DNA from: Octopus sinensis
Lineage: Eukaryota
Reading direction: 5' to 3'
DNA length: 64,000 bases
Assembly: GCF_006345805.1 (NCBI RefSeq)
Contig: NC_043002.1
Span: forward strand, 88,288,001 to 88,352,000
Positions 27,180 through 39,250 of the stretch are shown here, piece by piece. Each line of letters starts with the position of its first letter. Position 1 is the first letter of the stretch. The notes beneath the pieces were generated by a model, which saw only the letters and a program-made list of their open reading frames with translations, made no database searches and was not told the origin of the DNA. The position numbers were made by a program, and so were the translations under genes.

Positions 27180-27548
27180 TACCAGTGCCGGTGGCACATA
27201 AGAGAACCATCCGAACGTGGCCATTGCCAGCGCAGAACCAACTGCCTCTGTGCCAGTGGCACGTAAAAAGCACCATCCGATCATGGCCATTGCCAGCTTC
27301 ACCTGGCCTCCGTGCCGGTGGCACGTAAAAAGCACCATCTGATTGTGGCCGTTTGCCAGCCTCGCCCGGTGGCACGTAAAAAGCACCCACTACACTCATG
27401 GAGTGGTTGGCGTTAGGAAGGGCATCCAGCCGTAGAAACATTGCCAGATCAGACTGGGCCTGGTGCAGCCATCTGGCTTCCCAGACCCTGGTTGAACCAT
27501 CCAACCATGCCAGCATGGAAAGCGGACGCTAAACGATGATGATGATGA
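27180..27548 (+). mobile_element. SINE type C with internal tandem units and (GAT)n tail
   Basis: Three roughly 55-65 bp units GTGCC(G/A)GTGGCACGTAAAAAGCACCATCCGA..., then GGTTGGCGTTAGGAAGGGCATCCAGCCGTAG ... AAACGATGATGATGATGA. Confidence 0.85.
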
Positions 27549-29891
27549 ATCACACAATGCACGAGAAAGCTCAAAGTAATTCATGTATTATATAACAGAA
27601 ATGTAACACACAAATGGCCTAAAAGACATTGATTCAACTAAAATATTCACACTACAATGTTAATAGAAACAAAACTACAACCCTGATAGAAGATTCCTCA
27701 CAACCCAAAAGGTAGAATAGTCTTTAACTAGGACTGAGGATTTGTAACATACCACAACCATGTAAATGCAGGACATAGGCACCATAAATGACAACCAGAA
27801 ACAGAATATAACCTAAAACAATCAGTAATTCAAAACATCCACACTAACACCCACACTTCCATGGCCTATTTATTAGGTCACACACCCCAATCACATGTTA
27901 ATGAGTCAACATGAGAGCAACCTGCAAGAGAGCACAACCAAGTCTTCCTCAGAACACTATCATCGTACACAAGTGAAAGATACATTGGATAATGTAATCC
28001 TAGACATATCACCAAAAAGACAGGACGGTTACAGCTGTAATGCCATTGATCATAAGTCTTAATCATAAGATTAAAGTTGGCCTGGTGCTGAAGAACAATA
28101 CCTTAACACACTTCTAAACCCAACCTAATAAAAAACAGCACAAGCAGCAGAGAAAACAAAAGTATTAGAACTAAACAATCATAATTTATATAAATATCAA
28201 TGCACATAAAAATAAATGCAATTCTTTCTGCACTATTTTAGTAAGCTTTAGCACCATAACAAACTAAAATACATCAGCAAGCTAACAACTGTTTCTCACG
28301 CATGCATGCACACAAAACAGGATCCATAACTGTAGGACTAACTATCACTCTCCTATAACCATCTCCCCCTCATCAACCTCACACACATCAATGAATAAAA
28401 CAAAAGAACGCTTTTACAAACTTCAAAAACACCCAAGAGTATCACAATCAAGGACTGAATATTTGAGTTAATAAATGATTTAAAGAAGTAAAAATTGAAA
28501 GAAAAAAAAATGGAAAGAACAACAGTCTGTACAAAACTAGAACTGCAAATATGAATAAGTTTCACACCACTAAAAGTTTTAACACCACAATAAACAATCA
28601 TAGTTTTTCTCAAATTTCCTAAGTGCAGGTTTTTATTTAAAAAAAAAAATCAATACATAATACAATACTAAAACATTAAATGTGTGTTTGTAAGTACGTA
28701 TTGTGAAAAGACCAACAGAAAATTAAAATACTATAATCAGTAAAAATGAAAAAATATAAATGCAAAAATAATCAATGTATATTACATCATTTTCAATATA
28801 AACTAAAAAAAATATTGTAAACTTGATGTGAAATAAGCCACTAACACCAGTTTTCCACAACCTGATTATGCATCTGCAACAAGTAAGCATTTCAATACTT
28901 TACCTAAAAGAAAACAACTGACATCTATTCACCCAACGAGCTTTTACGGATTCTCTACCTGGACTTTCTACTAACGTACACTTCAGCTGTACCTCTCCTG
29001 CCCATGGATTATTACACTGGACTCCTCTATTAATAGGAAACTTCTTCAAACCATACTTGTATAATTTCATGCATAAAACTGACATATAATCAGAGGGAAT
29101 GCTTGGAAATTTTCAAAAACATCCTAACTTACAGTCCACCTTTTGCTTTAAACAGTCTTTACAACAGCTAACAGTAACAAATGTTTAAAACCAAGTAATT
29201 TAAGTAAACAAAACAACTGCAACATAAGATTTAAAACTGATGTAACTCAATGAAACTCAATATATCCAAACTCCCAATAACAGAAAAATCTGATACAGAA
29301 ACAAATACAAATGAATGTAAGAAAACAGGACAGTCATGTTAAAATATATAAAAATAAGAGCTACTATTGAGATAAATACACACACATCAATATCCACATA
29401 CACAAACACACATATTTGTGAAAGAACGATACAAAATTAGAAATGATGTTTGAAAGATCAATCTAGTTTTTAACCAGGATACCAATTACAGAAACTATTT
29501 TAAACAAAAGAGTATTGTAACAATTTGTTAAAAGTTTTGTATAAATTGAAAAGCAAAGATAACAGGAAACAATCTTTTATGAAATACAGCATGATAATGG
29601 TGGAAAATGTAACAGATTATGAAATCAAAGCCAAATCAAGAGAAAACACTTTTTTTCTTCTTTCTTTTAGAATAGAAATGTATTAAGAAAGATATTTGAG
29701 TTGTAAGGTATACTAAATGCACTAGATTTAATATTATAAATAGTGAGAAATTGAAAATGGATCTTTGGAAAAATCCAGCTATATAGGTAACATAATTAAT
29801 GATGGATTTATAAAGGACCGATTTATAAATTAAACTTTTTTTTTTTTCAACTGATATATAATTTATTTTTAATAATATAAAAGAATCTCAC

Positions 29892-29914
29892 CCATATCAG
29901 CTTCAAACACTTAC
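29892..29914 (-). other. Candidate recursive splice site / 23-nt micro-exon
   Basis: Minus strand: ctttatttttattttttctag|GTAAGTGTTTGAAGCTGATATGG|gtgaga. Confidence 0.45.
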
Positions 29915-30965
29915 CTAGAAAAAATAAAAATAAAGATTATATAATACAAATAAGAAAATTGAAAAAAAAAAAAAACAAATTAAGTTTTAATACATTTTGA
30001 AATCTGTGCTTTCCCTGTATTTTTTTTTTTTTTTTTTTGTTAATATAATCAGTTTCATGTGACCTAGTACTTAAGTTCTGAAATCACAACTATAAAGCTG
30101 TGGGTTTCATTCCTGGATCAGATGGTGCATTGCGTTCTTGAACAAGGTACATGACTTCATGATGCTCCAGCTTTCTGAAAAGGAGGACCAGCCAACTGCT
30201 GGTGTAGCTCTCTCACTCTTCAGCTACCACATCCTCAATGTCCTGATGGATTAAGAGTGGAGGATGTTTATATCTACTTGTGAACTACATAGGCACTTAA
30301 AACAATTCATGAAACTATGGTACAAACTATCAAATTATACTTGCTTGTGAGTGACAGCTAAGCAAGAAGCTTATAACAATTGTGAAAGAAATACAAATGC
30401 AACAAATGTTTAATAACTTTCCCTCAATGCACATTAAGATGGAGGGGATGCAAAATCTCTATTCTCAGAATAAAATCAAGAGAAATGCTAAAATAAAATA
30501 TTTAAAATTTATCAAGTCAGTTTTCTTCAATTTTTCAGTATTATATACTTTTGTATTGGACTGCGATACGTAATCTTATGCTAAATATTAACTATGCCTT
30601 AAAATTGCTTCCCATCCCACCAAAAATGTCAAAATAGAAATATCACTGATTCACTCAATTTTTCAAATATAAACCTTTTAGGAATATTTACAGACAAAAA
30701 CTTAACATTTGACTTCCTATGTTACATGACTAGCTAACAGACTGAACAAAAATTGAAACAGTTTGTATTAAGAAAATCCAAGATATCAATCGATAATTTT
30801 CACACAAAAGAGAAATTACTTGTCTGTTCAAGGCAATAGCCAAATCTCCTTTGACAACTTTCTTACTGCCAATAAGAGGCCATCAATCTCCACAGCAAAA
30901 ATCACATGGATGGGATGGCCATGAGCAGAACACAGATAAAACAAGTTCTCAGATAAAAACTTCTA

Positions 30966-31198
30966 TACCTATTTCTTTATTACCCACAAGGAGCTAAACA
31001 TAGAGGGGACAAACAAAGACAGACATAGGTATTAAGTCGATTACATCGACCCCTGTGCGTAACTGATACTTAATTTATTGACCCCGAAAGGATGAAAGGC
31101 AAAGCCGACCTCGGCGGAATTTGAACTCACAACGTAATGACAGACGAAATATGACTACGCATTTTGCCCGGCATGCTAATGTTTCTGCCAGCTTGCCG
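30966..31198 (-). mobile_element. SINE type B, near full length
   Basis: Minus strand: GGCAAGCTGGCAGAAAC.TTAGCATGCCGGGC ... GAGTTCAAATTCCGCCGAGGTCGGCTTTGCCTTTCATCCTTTCGGGGTC ... AATAAAGAAATAGG. Confidence 0.88.
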
Positions 31199-32499
31199 TA
31201 AAAATGACCAGAACTAATTAAAATAAAACTATGCAGTCACCCCCCAAAACAAACAAAGACAATCATACTGAGCACTGACTAACAAAACATTTGGCCAATA
31301 AATTGCAACAGCTATCACAGTATCCTAGTCTCATCCAAGATACCGTTTTCTCCGCATCACTAAAATCCAGAAAGCATGATCTCCATGTTAAATGTTACAT
31401 ACAGATACAAAATACATTGGCGCACATAAACAACAAAACAACAATAAAACTAGAAACAATTATACACTAAGACTGCTGACTATTGCAAGTATATGTCAAA
31501 CCATCAACAATAAATGTTCCTAAATTCCTGATATTCCCAATCTGAAACGGACAAAAAATACACATATACCAAAATGGTTGTCTCATTAGATCTACACTGA
31601 ACTGAGCAGCCAACTATCTCCAATAAATCTTATAGAATGAGGCTGATGTATGTTGAACCATGATTGCCTTAATCATGTCCACTCCAGGTGTGACTAGTTT
31701 TTCAATCCTATGTGAACAGAATGGGCAGCAAAAACAACCAACATTCCTTAACTGGTACCTTATAACCTAAACTACCGACTACCTCATAATAATACAGGCA
31801 AATTGTACTAAAATGTATGTTTAGATTTGCAGGACCTGAAGGATAATATTTCAATGGTATACTGCTAAACAAGTTTTGCCCAATCAGCTTTAAGTACCCT
31901 AATGCCAGCAGAATGATTACTTAAAATATATTAATAACTTTTTTAAAAATAAGCACCATATTGATCAACTTCATTAAATTTGTGTGTTAGAAATACTTGC
32001 AGCATTCAAAACTAATTGAGAACTAGCTAGTAACATTTGGAATACAGTAAAATTAGGTATACAAGACATTTATTAGAAAGCATTACACTCGCATCAATAA
32101 ACAAAATGAGAATTAGAGTAACATTACGATTTTCAATAACAAGGTATTAATAAAATGAAATAAAGAATCAAACAAAATTGTAACCAAGGTCTATAATGAA
32201 CTTGCTCAATTGTTAATGTTATTATGATGTACAGAAAAAGAAGTGTTCAGCCAGATTTATAATTGCAGTCCAAAATACATTAAAAGAATCCATGCACCTT
32301 CAAAACAATCAGCAAATTTGAAAGTGTTTCTTTTTTGTGTTGTTTTATATATGCAGAAAGACAATTTAAATTGTTGATTCTAGCTACCATATTTATTTGT
32401 ATACAAGGCATACTTCTGTATAATATGCACCACAAATTATGAGCTATGAAAATGCCAACCAAATATATCATTTATAATACAGACTATTTATTATCACCA

Positions 32500-32501
<2 letters not shown>

Positions 32502-32531
<30 letters not shown>
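32502..32531. repeat. (ATT)10 microsatellite at the 3' junction of the R4/Dong element
   Basis: Direct reading. Confidence 0.95.
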
Positions 32532-32534
<3 letters not shown>

Positions 32535-33341
32535 TAGTTTATTTTTATAATGTGCTTTCACTTCACTACCGAGTGCAGCTCTGTGTGCCTTGGGTATGTG
32601 CTGTGGTTTGCTGTGATGCTCTTATGGTTACTGTATTGAAAGTGTTTTGCATAGGATGTGTGCAGTGCCCAGTAGCGCAATTTTCTGTATGTTATATATA
32701 TTTGTAAGTCCTGATGTTTTTGTTATGTATTTGTCTGAATTTTTTTTATCATACCCACTATGATAGGAATTGTTTCTGTTTTTAGATTCCACATTCAAGT
32801 TAGCCCTATTTCCAGGTCTTTGTATTTTGAAAGTTTCTATTTCTTTTAGAGAAACGTTGTCATCTGCTGGTATTAATACATCAATTAGAAAGCATTTTTT
32901 TTTCTTCATGATCTCTGACAACTATATCAGGCCTATTGGCCTTAATTTCTCTGTGTGTATTGGCATATCCCAGAGTATGGTTGCTTTCTCATTTTCTGTG
33001 AACTTTTCTGGCATGTACCTATACAATCTTTTTTCTGTTGTTATTCCATAGTGTTGGCATAGCTTCCAGTGTATGTAGGTCCCAACTCTGCCATGTCTGT
33101 GAATATATTCCTTCTTAGCCAGTACTGGGCAGCCAGAGGTAATATGATTTATTGTTTCTTGTCCATCTCCACACATTCTGCAGTTGCTCGTTATGTTTCT
33201 TTTCATTATATGTTTCTGGTCATTTCTGGTGGGGAGGCTTTGGCCTTGTGCTGCAATTAAATCCTTCAGTCTCTGTTTTGAGTACTGAGCTTCTCAACCA
33301 TTGCTGGGATTGTTCTCTGTCTATTTCTTCTGCATTTAGTG
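32532..33341 (-). mobile_element. 5'-truncated R4/Dong-type non-LTR retrotransposon (C-terminal zinc knuckle plus restriction-like endonuclease), frameshifted
   Basis: CRMCGDGQETINHITSGCPVLAKKEYIHRH (CCHC knuckle), ILWDMPIHT..RP, CFLIDVLIPADDNVSLKEIE, QKIALLGTAHIL..LSIQ*; flanked by ATT repeats on both sides. Confidence 0.88.
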
Positions 33342-35755
33342 TATTATTATTATTATTTAAAGAAAAAGGAGTCTTCAGTCTGATTTATAACTACTGTCTA
33401 AAATATATTGAAAAATTCATGCATCTTTAAAACCGTTTATCAATTTGTAAGTGACCTTTAAACCTTAGTGCAGGCTGTAAAAGTGTACCTGTTATCAAGT
33501 CATGTGGAAAAAAATCAACCAGTATAGAAGAGCATAAAAGGCATTAATAATGCAGAATGTAAACACTTATTAAAAGTTTTTTTAAATACATGCATGTTTA
33601 ATTCTTTCAACAGAAATGTATATAGTGGGAGGTTCATTATAATAAAACCTTCCGTACTGACAGTTTACAGCAGTAATTCCATAGGACATGTATGACACTT
33701 ATGCCAAACATTAAATATATTATTACTATCATAGAAAAACTTGACATTATTAAATATCAATTAGCTTGGATTAATATGTGTAAGTAAATTAGATATTATC
33801 CTATACATGATAATGCAGTCGAACAGGGAAAGTGGGTAACAGTTCTCATGTATAATGTACAGCCCTTTAAAAACTTTGGAAAACAAAAAGTCTGCATTAT
33901 ACATGAACAAATCCAGTATGCAAAAATATTGAAAATTCAATCAATACAAGTAACAAACAAGTTAACCTTACAAGAGAGTGAAGACATGGAAATGTGATAA
34001 AACATTTATCGACCTTAGGATACATAGAAATATGAGCATGTACAATTTGAAACAACTTGTGAAATTCTAGCTTTAAAAACAATGACGAGGAAGTATCTTT
34101 GTTCAGAATATTCTGCCTTTTTCTAATGACTAAAGAATTTGTCCTCAATTACAGATATACAGCACTTAGGCAAGTGTTTTCTACAATAGCCTTAGGTCAA
34201 ACAATGCCTACTGAGGGTATTTGGTAGCTGGAAACTACAGGAAGCCCATTGTGTGTGTGTGTGTTGTGTGTGTGTGTGTGTGTGTGTCTGTGTGTGTGTG
34301 TGTGTCTGTGTCTGTGTGTGTGTGTGTGTACACATATGTATGAATATTGATATTCCATGTTCATCACTGGTTGAATGAAAGGTTGATGATGTTGACATTA
34401 TGACCAGCATTTTTGAAGACTTCTGGCATAAAAATAAATATCCCTTGCCTGAAAACTGGTAAAGGTTTCTCAACTAGAAGAGCAAATGGCGATAAAATTC
34501 TACCTTTTATTAAACATTTTCAATCAGAACTCCATTCTCCCATGGAAAATAGATATTGAACAACTGAAGACTTGCCATGAATACAAAATGATATGATTGG
34601 TAAAGAAGCATTCCAAGAACCTTGCAAATGGTAGTGTTTCAACGACGACAATTTGTCTTTATATTTTCAAGCAAAACGTGTAAAACCTTTTTACAAGCCA
34701 ATGTAGGGAGCCTCTAAACAATTGCTTCCACACTCTGCCATCATCTCAAAAACAGAAGCAGGGAACATACAAAGGCAGGATAGTTATGGTTGAAATGCCT
34801 TTAAATTGTAAGTCTGCTCAATCACAAATGACCTGGAGTCATAATTTCCAGTAAACAAAAGTTTGGTATTCAGTAGAGAAATTGAGTAAATTTGAATAAT
34901 ATGCAAATATATAAGTCCAAGTTTAACACAATAATAACATAGGACAGGTCAAACCCCAATTCATTATCAATATTATAAAATTACTCAAATTTTAATAATA
35001 GTTATGAAGGTTTAAAATAAAATTCTTTCATAGCTGTAATCTAAATGCAATCTATGTTGAAATTACTTAAATTGACTGCTACCAGACATTATAGCAGTAA
35101 CCACATATTTGCAGTATCCAAATAAGGTAATTTAGTTGGTGTAATTAGTTTATAATTACATATCCCTGTTAATGAAGTAAGATTACACATTACAAACAAC
35201 TATTCTCAAAAAGTAGACAGAGTTAATAAAAAGAAATGATACAAGATGGGCCTAGTTGCAATGCAGTTTAAGATATCCAAGATTACTTCAAGAGACAATG
35301 GCATACATTCCAGCAGGTTCAAATGTGAATAAGCTCAGCACCATTGTATTTTGTCATTGAGAAATGACTTCTTTCAGATGAACACATTCCTAATACACAT
35401 GATTCATTGGTGCATGGAGACTTTGGGACACTGTGTCTCCACAGCCAAAAGTACCACAGACCAAGAGTTTAGGGCGTTTATTTATAAGATTTAGGAAACA
35501 AATATTTGCTGATGCATGCTGATGTCTGCCAACCAATGTGTGTTCTTAACACTATGCACATCACAATTATTATTTACTGATTTAATCAATGAATTTAATA
35601 GAAGATAAGGCTTTGGGGACAATAACTACAGAGATATATCTATTTCTTCTGTGCACACTACATGACTGACTTCAATCTGTCTGATACATTGAACAAAATA
35701 TTACCTGAAGAATGATCAGACACTAAAACTTTTGCAAGTATTGTTGGGTTCAAAA

Positions 35756-35911
35756 ATATCTTTTGGACTTGATGTTGAATATTTGTTCTCAAATATTTTC
35801 TTCCCATCATATTTTGATGAATATGACCACCCAATATGAATATATCTTTTGGACTTGATGTTGACTATTTGTTCTCATAGATTTTCCTCCTATCGTATTT
35901 TGATGAATATG
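35756..35911. repeat. Two-copy tandem repeat, unit about 70 bp, period about 86 bp
   Basis: ATATCTTTTGGACTTGATGTTGA(A/C)TATTTGTTCTC...TATTTTGATGAATATG occurs twice. Confidence 0.85.
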
Positions 35912-36296
35912 TACGTGCAACAAAAGAAAAGTTTTTACATATGTCAATGAAATTTATGCATTCCAAGGGATGGAAGTAACACCCGTAGATTTCATATTAA
36001 ATAAGTATCATGTAGCTAATTAACAGTCACATGCATGCATTATTTTTAGCACAAGTTACACCAATAAAACTAGGTCTTTTCTTGACTAATGCCAACTTTC
36101 ACAATCTAACTACACTATAACCATAAAACTAATTTTTAACCATTTTCAACTCAGTCATTACAGGACAGAGCTTTTGTGTCAGAAAAGTTTCAACAGAAGG
36201 TTAAACATTAATAACAAAAGCCTGTGCTGAAAGAGTAGATATGAAAGCAGTAGTGAAAATAATGAGTGCAAAAATAGGCAAAGTGAGGTTTATGAG

Positions 36297-36337
36297 AGAT
36301 CTCAACCAGAATGTTTAAGATCTCAACCAGAATGTTT
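36297..36337. repeat. Exact 20-bp tandem duplication (period 21)
   Basis: AGATCTCAACCAGAATGTTT x2. Confidence 0.9.
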
Positions 36338-36689
36338 CATGCATCATAGTAATTGAAAGCATGTGAAACGTTCTATAAATACAGACTTCTAACTATTGAA
36401 CAAGAACACATTGTATATTGTCATTTAAACAGACAACCTTGAGTTGTGAGAAAGAGTTAAGTGTTGGGAAAGTGACTGACAAAAGCTATGAGATACTGTG
36501 TGCATAATAGGTGTGCTGGTAACGGAAAAGTAAATATGAAGGATGCTTATAAAGTGAAATCATGAAATTGGACTGTGGTATGCAATACTAGTGTACTAAG
36601 GTTTGGGGCAAATGAGTCAGATCAGATCTGGAAGATCAAGCCTTCAGGGAAAAGGTTGCTAAATCAGAATAGAATGATATTACAATGTG

Positions 36690-36836
36690 GGTGCATCAAA
36701 CCCAACCACAGGTTCAGTCCCACTGTTTGGTACCTTGGGCAAGTGTTTTCTACTATAGCCTCAGGCCGACCAAAGCCTTGTGAGTGGATTTGGTAGACAG
36801 AAACTGAAACAAGCCTATCCTAATGTGTGTGTGTGT

Positions 36837-36883
<47 letters not shown>

Positions 36884-36905
36884 TATATATATATATATAT
36901 ATGTA

Positions 36906-36950
<45 letters not shown>

Positions 36951-37141
36951 GTGTGTGTGTACCTGTGACTTACTCGCCCACCATCATTTGACAACCGATG
37001 TTGGCGAGTTTACGTACCCATGACTTAGCAGTTCGGCAAAAGTGACCAATAGAATAAGTACTAGGCTTACAAAGAATAAGTCATGGGGTTGATTTGTTCA
37101 ACTAAAGGTGGTGCTCCAACAGTCAAATGACTGAAACAAAG
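36690..37141 (+). mobile_element. SINE type A with expanded internal (TG)/(TA)n
   Basis: AGGTTCAGTCCC...GTACCTTGGGCAAGTG...CAAATGACTGAAACAAA. Confidence 0.87.
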
Positions 37142-37449
37142 AACAGAATAATGGCAATGAAGATCAACATTTTTTTGCTTTTTTTCCTCGCTACTTTTAG
37201 GTGTATCACCATCCGAGAAATACTAGACTAACGAGCAGAGTAAAAACCTTGCAACCGACTGAATAAAACACTTCTGCCACTTGCCATTTGGTCACATTGA
37301 CATAATGAAATAATATAAATATCGATATGAAAGTGATGAATCATTCTAAAACACCTGAATCCAGAATATCTGTTAAGATCTGACTTGTTTAACCACTATC
37401 ATTTGATTAGTCTGTAAACATTATGACAATACAGGCATAATACATTATT

Positions 37450-37450
<1 letters not shown>

Positions 37451-37503
<53 letters not shown>

Positions 37504-37572
37504 CACAGACATTAACTATAGTGACATAAATAAACATGAAAACTAAATTCACGCATACATTTCCAAAGCTTT

Positions 37573-37630
<58 letters not shown>

Positions 37631-38010
37631 GTGTGTGTGTGTGTGGGGGTATATATATATGTGTATATATATAAGAATTTTTTGTGTAATAAGATAAAAA
37701 ACCAAGGCTGTATAGATATTAGAGCATTTATAGATAGGTCTTAGAGCTGCTTCTAGGATATTAATTGATAATACCCCTTCATCGGAGACGGTGTAAGAGG
37801 AAAATTAAGTCATAGTTAGTTTAGATGTGATACAAAATAGAGAGTGAGGTGGATGAAAGAAAATAGATGTAAGATATGTATGGGTATTGAAGTCATAAAT
37901 CCGTTTTACAGGCATAATGGTAAAAATGCAATATTCCAATATCCTTTGAGTAAAATCCAAAAGTCCAACAGAGTTTAATATGAGTCCTTCCAAATATACA
38001 GTATATATAT

Positions 38011-38060
<50 letters not shown>
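37451..38060. repeat. Cluster of (TA)n/(TG)n microsatellites
   Basis: Long TA tracts at about 37452-37498, 37577-37630 and 38001-38062. Confidence 0.95.
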
Positions 38061-38070
<10 letters not shown>

Positions 38071-38280
38071 ATATATTTGTTTTGCAAGATTTTTTATGTT
38101 AAATCATGTGTTGAAACAGATGTTGTATTTAGGAATGGTCATTTTGCCAGTTTAGCCAATAAAAACACACGCACTATATCTTTTAAATTATTTAAAATAA
38201 CGCTGGAGCAAAGTAATACCAAAGATATGTGTGTGTGTGTGTGTGTGAAATATATATATGTGAATATATAGATGTGTGTG

Positions 38281-38311
<31 letters not shown>

Positions 38312-38877
38312 CTGTTTGTGAATGTATATATAAATTTCATTTTTAAATATTTGTACATAGTCTAATGATTTATTTTTATTACAAAGGTAATTACTCATAC
38401 GACAATTTATAAATAAATGATTAACAAAGTTTTATAAATTTCATTTACAAAACAGTACAAATTGGTATTTTTCATTTTACTATTAGTATCAAAATTAAAT
38501 AATTTTTAATGATATTTCAATAAAAGCAAACAAATTTTTTTTCCCCTGTTGAAACTGATGAACTTTTATTGATTTATTGGAAAAAGTAAAAATTAAATAA
38601 GAATCACAGCAACATCTTTGCATTTTCTACTTCATGAAGAGATGGGCTGGCCGTGTCTGCAAATAACAATTTCATTATAATTTTGAATTGGCGTAACTGT
38701 GGAACCGAAAGCTTTAGGATTGTTCTTTTAAATTTATGTAAGTTTTCTACTTAGCACATGTCCATTCATCTAATTCTATTTCCATTATACATTTGCTGCT
38801 GCTACAGGCACAACCACCAGTACATTATATTCTTTGTTGGACTCATTCCAACAATTTTTAACCTAAGTATTACACAA

Positions 38878-38918
<41 letters not shown>

Positions 38919-39000
38919 CACACACACATATACATACTTACGTGTGTGTATGTGTGTATATATATATGTATATTATATGCATATATATATACAGTAAACT

Positions 39001-39250
39001 ACCTGTGACCCATTGGGTCACCAGGCAACGGAGTTTTGTTTTGTGGATTTCTTTTTTCTTTTCCAGGTTATTTCGCATGCTTTCAATGAATGAAACATCG
39101 AAATCACTCATAAATGATTCTTTTCCCCAAAGAAGGAAAGATTTGGCTGCTATTTCTTGCACGCCCTGCTACCATATAACACGTATTTCGGGTCCGTTAT
39201 CGCAAATAGCTGTTACAGGGTCGCAGGGCGTGCTAGAAATAGCAGCCATT
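39001..39250. promoter_or_regulatory. CpG-rich patch with two palindromic structures (candidate promoter, enhancer or hairpin RNA locus)
   Basis: Ten CpGs in 250 bp in otherwise CpG-poor non-repeat DNA; GGGCGTG GC-box-like motif in both arms of a 26-bp inverted repeat; GCAGCCATT YY1-like motif; TGACCC-ATT-GGGTCA palindrome. Confidence 0.45.

Noticed and set aside
27180-27385. CRISPR-like repeat-spacer array
   Set aside because: Eukaryotic context, repeats are diverged, spacers are related to each other, and the block is part of a SINE seen elsewhere in the window.
39144-39248. Calling the hairpin a MITE
   Set aside because: Not excluded, but no recognisable TIR type, only a TT dinucleotide on each side, and no second copy in 64 kb; left as an open alternative in the findings.
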